Origin: an uncultured Gammaproteobacteria bacterium
Lineage (GTDB): Bacteria > Patescibacteriota > Patescibacteriia > Magasanikbacterales > GWA2-37-8
Direction: 5' to 3'
Assembly: GCA_964444705.1 (NCBI GenBank)
Contig: CAYUHX010000001.1
Location: 17,055 to 81,054, forward strand
Length of the DNA: 64,000 nucleotides
The notes under the pieces were generated by a model. That model made no database searches and had not been told where the DNA came from. It saw only the letters and a program-made list of their open reading frames with translations. The position numbers were made by a program, and so were the translations under genes. Numbering within the stretch: position 1 is the stretch's first letter; each line of letters starts with the position of its first letter. Positions 46,474 to 56,240 of the stretch are shown one piece after another.

Positions 46474-47577
46474 ATGGACTTACGGAAACTTTCTCCGCGC
46501 AGTTTTGATTGGACACTTCTTCTCGCTGTACTTCTTCTTTTCTCTATCGGCCTCGAAGCCATCTACAGCGTTGATCTTTCACGCGGTGGCGAACTTATAC
46601 TCTTCAAAAAACAACTCTTGGCAGCCGGCATTGGCCTTATTTTGTTTTTTTTAACGAGTCTCACCAACTATTCTTTTTTTCGATCGATTAGTAAAGGCGT
46701 CTATTTACTCTCTGGCAGTTTATTATTTTTGGTTTTGTTTTTAGGTAAAACTATTCGCGGCACGAAGGGCTGGTTTGTGTTTGGTGGGTTTTCTTTTCAA
46801 CCCGTTGAACTCGCCAAACTCGGCCTTATTCTCATGCTCGCCTATATCATTGCCAATTTTGGTCGCCGCTTTGAGCGGCCGCTGTTCTTTTTTGGCACGG
46901 GTATTTTGACCGCTCTTTACATGGTGCTCGTCATGGGCCAACCCGATCTTGGTTCCGCAATTTTACTCGGCCTCATTTGGTTTGGGCTCATGAATCTAGT
47001 CGGCGCAAGAAAATTATTTATCATTGGTCTTGTGGGCGTGGGCGTGCTTGGCGCCACTCTGGCATGGTTTACGGTGCTCAGTCAGCCAAGTCATGAATAC
47101 CAAAAAAAGCGCATTCTTACTTTTTTAAACCCCGAACTCGACACACTTGGTGCGGGTTACAACGTAGCTCAATCCACCATCGCGGTGGGTGCCGGCCAAC
47201 TGTTTGGGCGCGGCCTGGGGCGCGGCTCGCAAAGTCAACTCCGTTTTCTCCCTGAGGCACAGACCGATTTTGTTTTCTCAGTCATTGGTGAAGAACTCGG
47301 CTTTGTGGGCGCCTGTTTAGTACTCTTTCTCTATGGCCTCATTTTTTGGCGTCTCATTATTATTATGAAAAAAACCCAAGACGATTTTGTCTTGGGTGTG
47401 GTGGGTGGAGTGGTGATTATTTTTTTCAGCCAAATGATGTTTAATATTGGCGCAGAAATTGGCGTGCTGCCTCTTACCGGTGTCACCGTGCCGTTTGTCA
47501 GCTACGGAGGATCATCACTCATTGTTGATTTTATTATGATTGGCCTCGCGGAGAGTATGGTGGAGAAGAGATATTAA
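46474..47577 (+). CDS. ftsW: SEDS-family peptidoglycan glycosyltransferase (FtsW/RodA)
   Basis: Ten-TM profile. Conserved FVSYGGSSLIVDFIMIGLA C-terminus and the PEAQTDFVFSVIGEELGFVGA segment. Confidence 0.85.
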   Translation: MDLRKLSPRSFDWTLLLAVLLLFSIGLEAIYSVDLSRGGELILFKKQLLAAGIGLILFFLTSLTNYSFFRSISKGVYLLSGSLLFLVLFLGKTIRGTKGWFVFGGFSFQPVELAKLGLILMLAYIIANFGRRFERPLFFFGTGILTALYMVLVMGQPDLGSAILLGLIWFGLMNLVGARKLFIIGLVGVGVLGATLAWFTVLSQPSHEYQKKRILTFLNPELDTLGAGYNVAQSTIAVGAGQLFGRGLGRGSQSQLRFLPEAQTDFVFSVIGEELGFVGACLVLFLYGLIFWRLIIIMKKTQDDFVLGVVGGVVIIFFSQMMFNIGAEIGVLPLTGVTVPFVSYGGSSLIVDFIMIGLAESMVEKRY

Positions 47578-48038
47578 GAATTTTGAATCGCATATAACGT
47601 GCGAAGAGCATCTATCTGCTTATCTAAAAGAAGTTTCTGTACTTTACTATTAAGATCATTTTTTGAATCGATCAGATGCTCAAGCTCTACACTTTGTTTC
47701 AGTAAAGGACGAAGTATTTCTGCAAAATCAATTGTGGCCAACGCAGCCGCATTTTCAAAATGCGCTGTTTCAAGGGCTTTTTTTAAGGCTTCTCTTAACT
47801 TAGGTTTTGAAGTACCTTTATATTCTGGCATGCGCTCCATTAATCTTACCCATCCCTCAAAAGTTTCTTGCACCTCTTCTACAAAATCAGGATTACCCGA
47901 TACATCAATCATATTTAACAACTGAGTTTTTCCTTCTTTGCCATCTTTTGACCCATTATCACCACGACCCTTTACATCAATAATGGGAAAACCACCCATA
48001 CGAGTTTCTTTAGATGAAGGTTGATGTTGAGAAAGCAT
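47574..48038 (-). CDS. hypothetical protein (154 aa)
   Basis: Open frame convergent with ftsW. Confidence 0.45.
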   Translation of the reverse strand: MLSQHQPSSKETRMGGFPIIDVKGRGDNGSKDGKEGKTQLLNMIDVSGNPDFVEEVQETFEGWVRLMERMPEYKGTSKPKLREALKKALETAHFENAAALATIDFAEILRPLLKQSVELEHLIDSKNDLNSKVQKLLLDKQIDALRTLYAIQNS

Positions 48039-48202
48039 ACTATTTTAGTAATTAATGATTAAATTTATAGTACTATAATACCACAAAAACTGCATTTTGT
48101 CAAGCTAAAATTTAGCTAAATTTAGATAAAAATAGCGTACTGTTCGCAAATAAACACCCAAACCAGTGGACACTCCGCCCCAAAATGATAGACTACTTTT
48201 CT

Positions 48203-50281
48203 ATGCCTTTTAAACTTGTTTCTTCCTACCAACCATCGGGTGACCAACCAAAAGCCATTGATCAGCTTGTCTCTGGCTTAAAACAAGGGTTTAAAAAACA
48301 AACCCTGCTTGGTGTTACTGGCTCTGGCAAAACGTTTACCATGGCAAACGTGATTACCAAGCTGCAACGACCAACTTTAGTGATCGCTCACAATAAAACC
48401 TTGGCTGCCCAACTGTGCAACGAATTTCGTGAATTTTTTCCCGAAAATGCAGTGGAATATTTTGTCAGTTACTACGATTATTATCAGCCTGAGGCCTACA
48501 TGCCGCACAGCGATACCTATATTGAAAAAGAGGCGCAAATCAACCAAGAAATTGATCGCTTGCGCCACGCCTGCACCCAAGCCCTACTCACCCGTGAAGA
48601 TGTGATTATTGTGGCGTCGGTATCAGCCATTTACGGTTTGGGTTCACCAAAAGAATACGAACAAATCGTCCTCCACGTGCGCGTGGGAGAGCTCCTTAAT
48701 CGGCGCGACATGCTCGAACACCTCATCAGCATGCAATTTGAACGCACCAATCTTGAGTTAACCCGCGGCTCATTTCGCCTCACCGGCCAAGTGATTGAGG
48801 TAATGCCAGTCAACGAAGAAATGATTTATCGCCTCGAAATAGGCAATACTATTAATAACATTGAAATCATTGACCCAGTGACTCGTAAATTACGCCACAC
48901 CGTCAACGACGCCTGGTTCTTTCCTGCGAAACATTACGTCGTGGGCGAACAAGCAAAAGCGCACGCCATTGAAACAATTCAAACTGAATTGACGGAACAG
49001 CTGGCTGCCTTTGAACGACAGGGAAAAGTACTTGAGCATGAACGGTTAAAACGCCGAGTGAGTTATGATCTTGAACTTATTCGCAATCTTGGTTATTGCA
49101 ATGGCATTGAAAATTATTCCCGCCATTTTGATGGCCGCGCCGAGGGCGAGCCGCCGTTTAGTCTGCTTGACTATTTTACCCACGGTGCACGTACATTTCT
49201 CACCATTATCGATGAATCACACGTCACGTTACCCCAGCTTCGTGCGATGTATGCCGGCGACAGAGCCCGCAAAGAAACATTGGTTGAACACGGGTTTCGT
49301 TTACCAAGCGCCAAAGACAATCGTCCGCTCACCTACCCTGAGTTTGAAGCACGCACCGAAGGAGTGATATATGTTTCCGCCACACCAACTGAATATGAAA
49401 TAGCAGAAAGTGCCCAGGTGGTAGAACAGGTGGTGCGCCCCACTGGTCTTATTGACCCGGAAGTGCTCATCTGCCCCATCACTGGCCTCGGCAATCTTTC
49501 ACAAATTGAAGATCTTTTGGTGCGCATTGAGGCACGGATCAAAAAAAATGAACGTGTGCTCGTAACCACACTCACCAAACGTATGGCCGAAGACCTCACC
49601 GATTATTTACATGAGAAAAAAATTAAAGTGAGCTACCTTCACAGCGATATCAAAACTCTTGAGCGGGTGGAAACAATTATGAATTTACGCTTGGGAAAAA
49701 TTGATGTGCTGGTAGGTGTCAACCTGCTCCGCGAAGGCCTTGATATGCCTGAGGTGTCCCTCGTTGCCATTCTTGATGCGGATAAAGAAGGTTTTCTGCG
49801 CAGTGAAACCAGCTTAATTCAAACCATAGGCCGCGCGGCCCGCAATGTAAATGGGCAGGTTGTGTTGTATGCAGATCACTCCACTGGCTCGATTGAGCGA
49901 GCAGTGGCTGAAACGAATCGTCGCCGTGCCATTCAACTCGCCTACAATACGGAACATGGCATCACTCCGAAAACAATTGAAAAAACAATTCGAAATATTT
50001 TGGAAGAGTTTGGTATTTCTGAAAAGAATAAGGAGCATGGAACAAGGAACAAAAAAAACCACACACTCAGCACTACCGATCTCGATTTACTCGGCGATGC
50101 CAGACCACTTAAAGACATTATCAAAGACAAAGAGGCGCAGATGAAAGAAGCGGCGCGCACATTAGAATTTGAGCTGGCTGCAATTTTGCGTGATGAGGTG
50201 CGTGAACTCACTGCTCGACTTAAAACTGGCGAGAAAACGACTCATCAAAAAAAATCTACTCCCCGACGAAAAAAAATATGA
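48203..50281 (+). CDS. uvrB: excinuclease ABC subunit B
   Basis: N-terminus MPFKLVSSYQPSGDQPKAIDQLVSGL. Walker A TLLGVTGSGKTFT. Helicase motifs. C-terminal UVR domain LEFELAAILRDEVRELTARL. Confidence 0.92.
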   Translation: MPFKLVSSYQPSGDQPKAIDQLVSGLKQGFKKQTLLGVTGSGKTFTMANVITKLQRPTLVIAHNKTLAAQLCNEFREFFPENAVEYFVSYYDYYQPEAYMPHSDTYIEKEAQINQEIDRLRHACTQALLTREDVIIVASVSAIYGLGSPKEYEQIVLHVRVGELLNRRDMLEHLISMQFERTNLELTRGSFRLTGQVIEVMPVNEEMIYRLEIGNTINNIEIIDPVTRKLRHTVNDAWFFPAKHYVVGEQAKAHAIETIQTELTEQLAAFERQGKVLEHERLKRRVSYDLELIRNLGYCNGIENYSRHFDGRAEGEPPFSLLDYFTHGARTFLTIIDESHVTLPQLRAMYAGDRARKETLVEHGFRLPSAKDNRPLTYPEFEARTEGVIYVSATPTEYEIAESAQVVEQVVRPTGLIDPEVLICPITGLGNLSQIEDLLVRIEARIKKNERVLVTTLTKRMAEDLTDYLHEKKIKVSYLHSDIKTLERVETIMNLRLGKIDVLVGVNLLREGLDMPEVSLVAILDADKEGFLRSETSLIQTIGRAARNVNGQVVLYADHSTGSIERAVAETNRRRAIQLAYNTEHGITPKTIEKTIRNILEEFGISEKNKEHGTRNKKNHTLSTTDLDLLGDARPLKDIIKDKEAQMKEAARTLEFELAAILRDEVRELTARLKTGEKTTHQKKSTPRRKKI

Positions 50282-50910
50282 ACCGTTTAATTGGATTCAA
50301 TACAAAAATTTTTCTTTTTTTAATTTGTTCTTTTACGTCACTTTTTCTACTCATTGTTGTTGCAAATGGCACCATTCTTCGCTATCAAAAAAACATTATC
50401 CATGAGACAGATTCGGTTCCAACCACGTCTATTGCGCTCATTTTTGGTGGGGGCATGAAAAATGCCACCGAAATGGGAGAGACTCAAACCGACCGTGTGC
50501 TCCAAGGAATTGAGTTGTACAAAAAACACAAAGTGACTACTTTGGTGATGACAGGTGATGACGGCGCATGGCACGGAAACGAAGTCGATGCGATGAAAAA
50601 TTTTGCTCTTGAGCACGGCGTTACCTCAAGTGCTATTCTCATTGACCCCCACGGCTACACCACCTACCGCAGCTGTGCCCGTGCCAGCACTACTTTTCAT
50701 TTTTCACACGTCATAGCGATTTCACAAAATTTTCATTTACCACGCATTTTATTTCTTTGTCGCTCGTTCGGCATTGAAACAGACGGCCTCAGTGCCGACC
50801 TACGCCCGTACGACCGAATGCTCTACAACGAAACGAGAGAAATTGGCGCACGCGTCAAAGCCTGGCTGATGGTAACCCGCGATCGCTTAGAACGACTATT
50901 CTCAGAGTAA
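50278..50910 (+). CDS. DUF218 (YdcF/SanA/ElyC-like) membrane-associated protein
   Basis: N-terminal TM. DUF218 core ALIFGGGMKNATEMGETQTDRVLQGIELYKKHKVTTLVMTGDDG. Confidence 0.7.
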   Translation: MNRLIGFNTKIFLFLICSFTSLFLLIVVANGTILRYQKNIIHETDSVPTTSIALIFGGGMKNATEMGETQTDRVLQGIELYKKHKVTTLVMTGDDGAWHGNEVDAMKNFALEHGVTSSAILIDPHGYTTYRSCARASTTFHFSHVIAISQNFHLPRILFLCRSFGIETDGLSADLRPYDRMLYNETREIGARVKAWLMVTRDRLERLFSE

Positions 50911-51022
50911 ATAGGCACCTTGCAATGGAAGATATGTATTTTTCTGAGGGCGGTTGGAGTTTTGAATAAACCCCAACCGCCACGATGAATGGCATGCCGA
51001 CCCTCCGAAGAGAAGCCGGCGC

Positions 51023-51406
51023 TCACGAGGCGGCCTCCATGCTGCTGGTGGTAACGACCGGCGGCGCGGCCTCGTGGCGAACAGGCAGATGAGCGATGGC
51101 CGGCGGCGCGGCGGCGCGCCGCTTAGCCTCGTCGCGAAGGAAGTTGTCGGCCTGCACCCAGAGCGGTACGCCGATCATAAGGCCAACCCAGAGGCCGAGA
51201 CCACACCAGAACGCCCCAGTCATGGTGGCGTCGATGCCTAGCCCCAACTCGGGAACAATTTCGTTGTCGAGCTGGGTAGCTCGAATGAGATAGGCAAGCG
51301 CCCAGAGGACAAGTACCCACCCGATGACGGTAATGAACTGACCGATCGTCCTTTGGATCTTGGCCCGCGAACCGTTCTCGATCCGGATCATGTCTTTGAT
51401 CTTCAT
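51023..51406 (-). CDS. small two-TM membrane protein encoded in a high-GC (about 60%) island
   Basis: Hydrophobic helices VIGWVLVLWALAYLI and GAFWCGLGLWVGLMIGVPLW. Ala/Pro-rich tail. Composition differs sharply from its flanks. Confidence 0.5.
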   Translation of the reverse strand: MKIKDMIRIENGSRAKIQRTIGQFITVIGWVLVLWALAYLIRATQLDNEIVPELGLGIDATMTGAFWCGLGLWVGLMIGVPLWVQADNFLRDEAKRRAAAPPAIAHLPVRHEAAPPVVTTSSMEAAS

Positions 51407-51536
51407 CTCAAACTCCTTTCTAAGTTCTGCGAAGAGCGTCTCCTCGCCACCACGCTGGTGACGAACGCTCTACTCTTCACGAACTATTGTCAAAGAACAA
51501 AAAAGGATACTACAAAATTGAGTGACATTATACTTT

Positions 51537-53303
51537 TTATGCGCCAAAGAAATTACTCAATCGTTTCAATATTGTAGGCTTAGTTCGATTAAGATATTCT
51601 TGATCCTTGGCATGCTGATATAACTTAGCCGTTAAAAGAGAAAAAAATTGCGGCACATCCACTGTTTTATCTTTTTTATTGATAATTGGAAGATTACTCC
51701 AGTCGGCATCATATAACCCTAATTTCTTTCCAAGTTTCTCGGCTTTCACACCACCCGCTGCCAACACCTTAAGATTTTCCACAATGTTGTGTGAATAAAT
51801 GCTCGCTTCTGGCACCACCTTAACTACCGCGTCGGTAAGGACATGTTCGAGGTGACGACCGTTTCCCCAACGATATATCACCGAAGTATTTTTCTCTGTT
51901 GGTGCGACCGCCGTCTTTTTTGTCATCTCAGATGTTGAAGGTTGTGAATCGACTTGATCTCTGTTGCTTTGTAGCAACTCTTTTGCTCTCTTAACCTCTT
52001 GCGCAATATCGTTATCGCCTTTAAAAAGACCAGAATTTTTAAGAATGGCTTTAAACGAATCTGGGGCGTCTTCCTGTGGTGCCAAGGCTTTTTTTATTCC
52101 TTTCACAGCGTGTACCACGGCTGGATTTTCGGTTACTTGGCCTCGATGCTCATACGCAAATACGCCCGCAAATAAACCGGCAACCAGGCCAGCAGTTTGT
52201 TGCAGTCGTTTAAACACACCCTGCTTCTTTCGTGCGCGTTCTCGTTGTTGATAAACCGAAATGGCCGCTCGCTGAATCTGCGCAATATTTTCTTCATTAT
52301 CAAGCAATATCGCGTCTGGAACAGGCGCAGTAACATTCTCTTCTTTGACAACACTTACTTCTTGTTCTTTAGTCGGTTCTTCGAAAGGAGCCTCAATAAC
52401 AATATTTTCTACCTCAAGCGCAGCGAGCTCTTTAACGTCTTGGTTCGCAATTTCTGTCGCTGCCGGTGGCAACTGATCATTATCTACCAACCCAACCGAA
52501 GCGTGCTGTTCGTCTAAGAAAGACACTGCTGGCTCCCTTGCCAAAATGTTGGCTTCTTTTTCGGCAAAATTCTTAAGAGTTCCCTCAGCCTGGCTCATTT
52601 CTTCTTCAGCGGCAACCTGTTGAATTGTTTCATAGGCAATGTGTACTAGCCGACGCTGAACAGCCTGCACCAGCTCAGCAAATTTAGTTGGGTGCATAGT
52701 TCTTGCCAAGGCTCGCTGAACACCATCGGCTTCAGTATAAAGTCGACTAACAACTGCCGAAGCTGAACCGGTCTTTACCGACACTTGTTGAAAAAGATCA
52801 ATGAATTGGCGCACGATATCAAGGTGATGGCCAAGCTCAGTAGTGATATCAGTTCGCAATCGTGCATCAACTGCACTCAAGGCTTTAGAAAGTTTCATTT
52901 TGTCTGTGCCGCTTTGGTTATGTTTCTTTTTAAGAAGTGTTATTTCTGCTGCATAGGCACTCACCAATTCACTCACACCCTGCACTAGTTCCGCTGCATA
53001 ACGCAATTGAGTGGCATCAACAACTTTGTCTTGTTGCAATGCTTTTATCAATCGTTCTGGGCCTGAGAACAGTGCCGCAAAATATTCTTGATGTGCTCGT
53101 GGCGCATCAAGATATTCTTCTTGCAACTGCGGACCCTTAATCGGACGGGCAATTAAAACAATTTCTTTACGCACCTGGGCCAAGCTTTCTGCAATGGCTT
53201 TTAATGTATAGTTTTTTTCTTCTCTTTTTAAATCAACTACCTCACCAAGAAACCTGTTACGGGATTCAGAAATAGGCATATACATTGAATATGTTTTACA
53301 CAA
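51537..53303 (-). CDS. hypothetical alpha-helical protein (588 aa; alternative start at 53279)
   Basis: Long open frame with one hydrophobic segment (TAGLVAGLFAGVFAY). No recognizable domain. Confidence 0.5.
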   Translation of the reverse strand: MCKTYSMYMPISESRNRFLGEVVDLKREEKNYTLKAIAESLAQVRKEIVLIARPIKGPQLQEEYLDAPRAHQEYFAALFSGPERLIKALQQDKVVDATQLRYAAELVQGVSELVSAYAAEITLLKKKHNQSGTDKMKLSKALSAVDARLRTDITTELGHHLDIVRQFIDLFQQVSVKTGSASAVVSRLYTEADGVQRALARTMHPTKFAELVQAVQRRLVHIAYETIQQVAAEEEMSQAEGTLKNFAEKEANILAREPAVSFLDEQHASVGLVDNDQLPPAATEIANQDVKELAALEVENIVIEAPFEEPTKEQEVSVVKEENVTAPVPDAILLDNEENIAQIQRAAISVYQQRERARKKQGVFKRLQQTAGLVAGLFAGVFAYEHRGQVTENPAVVHAVKGIKKALAPQEDAPDSFKAILKNSGLFKGDNDIAQEVKRAKELLQSNRDQVDSQPSTSEMTKKTAVAPTEKNTSVIYRWGNGRHLEHVLTDAVVKVVPEASIYSHNIVENLKVLAAGGVKAEKLGKKLGLYDADWSNLPIINKKDKTVDVPQFFSLLTAKLYQHAKDQEYLNRTKPTILKRLSNFFGA

Positions 53304-53308
53304 ATTTT

Positions 53309-54073
53309 TTAACTACGCGCAATCGTCTGATCTTCATAAGCTCCAAGATCATCGGATGCATACATATCACGCAGCATAGTATACGGCGCTGCAACAAGCT
53401 CGTCGATCGACATCGCATCAATCTGACGTTTTATTTTTTCTTTTTGCAAAGCTTCAATCAATGTTATGTAGTGCAATCGCCACTCACGAATCACATCAGG
53501 AAACGAAAATAAATCATTTTTTTTACCAAAATCTTCAGGCGAATAACTACTAATATCCTTTTGGAGCGCATTCGCATGACGCATCATTTTTTGCCACGCC
53601 CCGTGAGATAAAGATTTCAGACTGCTCTCTGAAACAGTTTGAAGTAACGCTTTGGTATAACGAACGGCGTTATCAAGCACGTGTTTTCGAAACAACAATC
53701 GCCGCGTATGGATCTCATGCTCTTTTTGAGTAACCACTTTTTCATTTTCCGTTTTGAGAGCAGATTGTCTTGCTGCAAAAAGCGTTTCAAGCTCGCGTAA
53801 CTGGTTGGCAACTACGCGGTGGGTGCCTTTGATATGCTGCAGAAGTTCTCTTGTTTGGTGAGGGGTAATTCCTTCTTTAGCGAACACATGCCTGCTCACC
53901 ATGTCTTCAAGCGGCCAAATAACGACGATACAGTCATCTTTATCTTCTTGTGACACTCTGGCAGTTTGAATTATTCTTTTTAAATCGCCTAATTTTTCTG
54001 CTAACGAAACATTTTTTTCAGCTGCGGCAATTGGTTCTGAATGTTCTCTTGTTTGAGCGTGAACATTGCGCAT
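53309..54073 (-). CDS. hypothetical alpha-helical protein (254 aa)
   Basis: Open frame tightly spaced with the upstream gene on the same strand. Confidence 0.5.
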   Translation of the reverse strand: MRNVHAQTREHSEPIAAAEKNVSLAEKLGDLKRIIQTARVSQEDKDDCIVVIWPLEDMVSRHVFAKEGITPHQTRELLQHIKGTHRVVANQLRELETLFAARQSALKTENEKVVTQKEHEIHTRRLLFRKHVLDNAVRYTKALLQTVSESSLKSLSHGAWQKMMRHANALQKDISSYSPEDFGKKNDLFSFPDVIREWRLHYITLIEALQKEKIKRQIDAMSIDELVAAPYTMLRDMYASDDLGAYEDQTIARS

Positions 54074-54491
54074 GTCACACTGATTATTATTCTATGTACA
54101 AAAAGTATAGCACAAAAAACCCAATCAAACACGGCCCGAGCGATATCCCAACTTCTCCATCTCTCTTTTTAAAAAGAGAGGTAGAAAAGCTGACCGACGG
54201 CACCCGAAACCAACTGCTGTTGGTGGGTGCCGTCGCTGTGTGTACTCCTAACAAACAAAAACGAAATGGATCAGACCACTGTAGCCTGCTCCGCGATCAG
54301 GGCGCGGAGTTCTGCGGCGTCTTTGGCCGCGGCGCGGATCTGGAGCTCCTCGAGCCGCTGGTGCCGCCGCCGCGTCGACCGTCGCACGAAGTTCTCCCAA
54401 TATCGCGGAAGCCGCTCGGGCGGCTTGGGCGCCGCTGGCGCCGCCGCTTTCGGCAACACCCGGTTGAGCCAACGGAGGTTGACCCAAAGGA

Positions 54492-56240
54492 TCACTGCCG
54501 ACACCAGGCACAACCCCACCAGGAGGAGGAAGAACCAGTGGTGGGGCCAGGGCTTCCAGAACCTCCCGAGCGCGGCGCGAGCTTGCTGACCAGCGCCAGC
54601 CCCATGGGGGACAGGCACAGCTCAGCCAGGGTGACGACGAAGTAGCTGCTGATGAGCCAGAGCGGGCTCACTCGGCCAGAGTTGCCACCGGCGAGCGAAC
54701 CCACCACCATGATCAGGTACGAGATGGCCGTAAGCACCATCCCAATGCCGATCTTGGCTGCGGTGGACGGCTGACGGCCGCGCTTCTCGAGGAAGACTCC
54801 GAAGAACCAGTTGAGAACTGGCGTCAGAGTCACGACGAAAAACGGGTTGACGCTATTGTAAACAATAGCGCCGGGCTTCCAGCCGAGGATGCTCTCGCGG
54901 GTGTGGTCGTCGGCCCAGAAGACCAAAACGCTGCCGTTCTGGTGAAACGCCGCCCAGAAAAAAATGACAATCACACAAATAACACTGATCGCGAGGATCC
55001 GTAGACCCTCGACGAGCGGCGGCTCGCGCGCGTCTTCGTATTCCTTGGGCAAGGGGACCCCAAGGACGGCCGCGACACTCGATCTCTGATCCGCCAGCTT
55101 GAACCAGCGGTAGCACGCGGCGGCGATGACGAAGCCGACCATCATGCCGACACCGGCCGCCGAGAATGCCGCCGCCCACCCGTAGTGCGCCACCATGTAG
55201 TCGGCAACAAAGGGGCTAAAAAATGCCCCAATGTTGACGCCCATGTAGAAGACGCTGAAGGCAGCGTCCCGCCGCGAATCGCCGGCGGGATACATGTTCC
55301 CCAGCATCGTCCCGATGCTGGGCTTGAACATGCCGTTCCCCAAGACGATGAGAATGATCGCCGTCCAGAGAAACTTGGGAGGAGCGCCGAGCGCGAAGTA
55401 GCCCACGGCCATGAGGGCCGCGCCGAAGAGCACCGCCTTCCGATAGCCCAGCCACCGGTCGGCGATGATGCCCCCGAAGAACGGGGCGAAATAGGTCAAC
55501 GCGATGAAGCTCCCATACGTACTCGAGGCTTCGGCCGCCGAGTACCCCAAGTGCTTCTTGAGGTACAAGGTGAAAATGGCCAGCATCAGGTAGTAGCCGA
55601 AGCGCTCCCACATCTCGACCATAAAAAACGCGTAGAGCTGACGCGGGTGCCGGGGACCAGAGGAGCGGCGGGTCGCGAGCTTGCTGAGGAGGCGAGCGAT
55701 CGGACGGAATGGCCAGTTCCGCCTGGTCACGGCCCAGTCATCGGCTAAGAGCCAACTCCAATACCGGAGCTCCGCCATGAGCTCGCCGATCCAGGGGTGC
55801 GCCTTGAGGAAGCGCGCCCGGCGGTAAGCCGCGATGCGAGCCTGCTGCGCCCTCCTCTCGGCGCGCTCCGCCTGCCGAATGGCGTTGATGCGGGCCGCGC
55901 CATCACGGCGGATCTGCTGGGCACGCTCGAACGCAGCGAAACGCGCGAGAAGCCGCTGCCACGGGGGCGACACGCCCGAGTGGACCAGCGCGTACGCCGC
56001 CCGCCCGGCGGTGAAAAACCAGAAGATGGCGGGCGCGACGAAGTTGAAAAACTCACGGGCCGGCGGGGCAAGCCGCTGCCGAACGGCGTCCACGGTCGCG
56101 AGCACGCGCCGTTTGACGCTGGCGAACGTCGCGGCCACCACGGTGAAAAATGCGATGATCTTGAGCACCACCCGCTCCTCGATGAGAAGCTGCGGAGCCG
56201 TCATAGTTGCCTTGGCCTGGATCGGACGCTTTCTCTTCAT
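54492..56240 (-). CDS. POT/PTR2-family proton-dependent oligopeptide transporter in a high-GC (about 65%) island, with an about 190-aa N-terminal extension and a probable 3' frameshift (continuation likely in frame 54271-54618)
   Basis: PTR2 signature FFMVEMWERFGYYLMLAIFTLYL, GGIIADRWLGYRKAVLFGAALMAVGYFALG and LAELCLSPMGLALVSKLAP. After KLAP the frame degenerates (SGGSGSPGPTTGSSSSWW) while the overlapping -frame reads a plausible TM (HHWFFLLLVGLCLVSAVILW). Confidence 0.7.
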   Translation of the reverse strand: MKRKRPIQAKATMTAPQLLIEERVVLKIIAFFTVVAATFASVKRRVLATVDAVRQRLAPPAREFFNFVAPAIFWFFTAGRAAYALVHSGVSPPWQRLLARFAAFERAQQIRRDGAARINAIRQAERAERRAQQARIAAYRRARFLKAHPWIGELMAELRYWSWLLADDWAVTRRNWPFRPIARLLSKLATRRSSGPRHPRQLYAFFMVEMWERFGYYLMLAIFTLYLKKHLGYSAAEASSTYGSFIALTYFAPFFGGIIADRWLGYRKAVLFGAALMAVGYFALGAPPKFLWTAIILIVLGNGMFKPSIGTMLGNMYPAGDSRRDAAFSVFYMGVNIGAFFSPFVADYMVAHYGWAAAFSAAGVGMMVGFVIAAACYRWFKLADQRSSVAAVLGVPLPKEYEDAREPPLVEGLRILAISVICVIVIFFWAAFHQNGSVLVFWADDHTRESILGWKPGAIVYNSVNPFFVVTLTPVLNWFFGVFLEKRGRQPSTAAKIGIGMVLTAISYLIMVVGSLAGGNSGRVSPLWLISSYFVVTLAELCLSPMGLALVSKLAPRSGGSGSPGPTTGSSSSWWGCAWCRQ

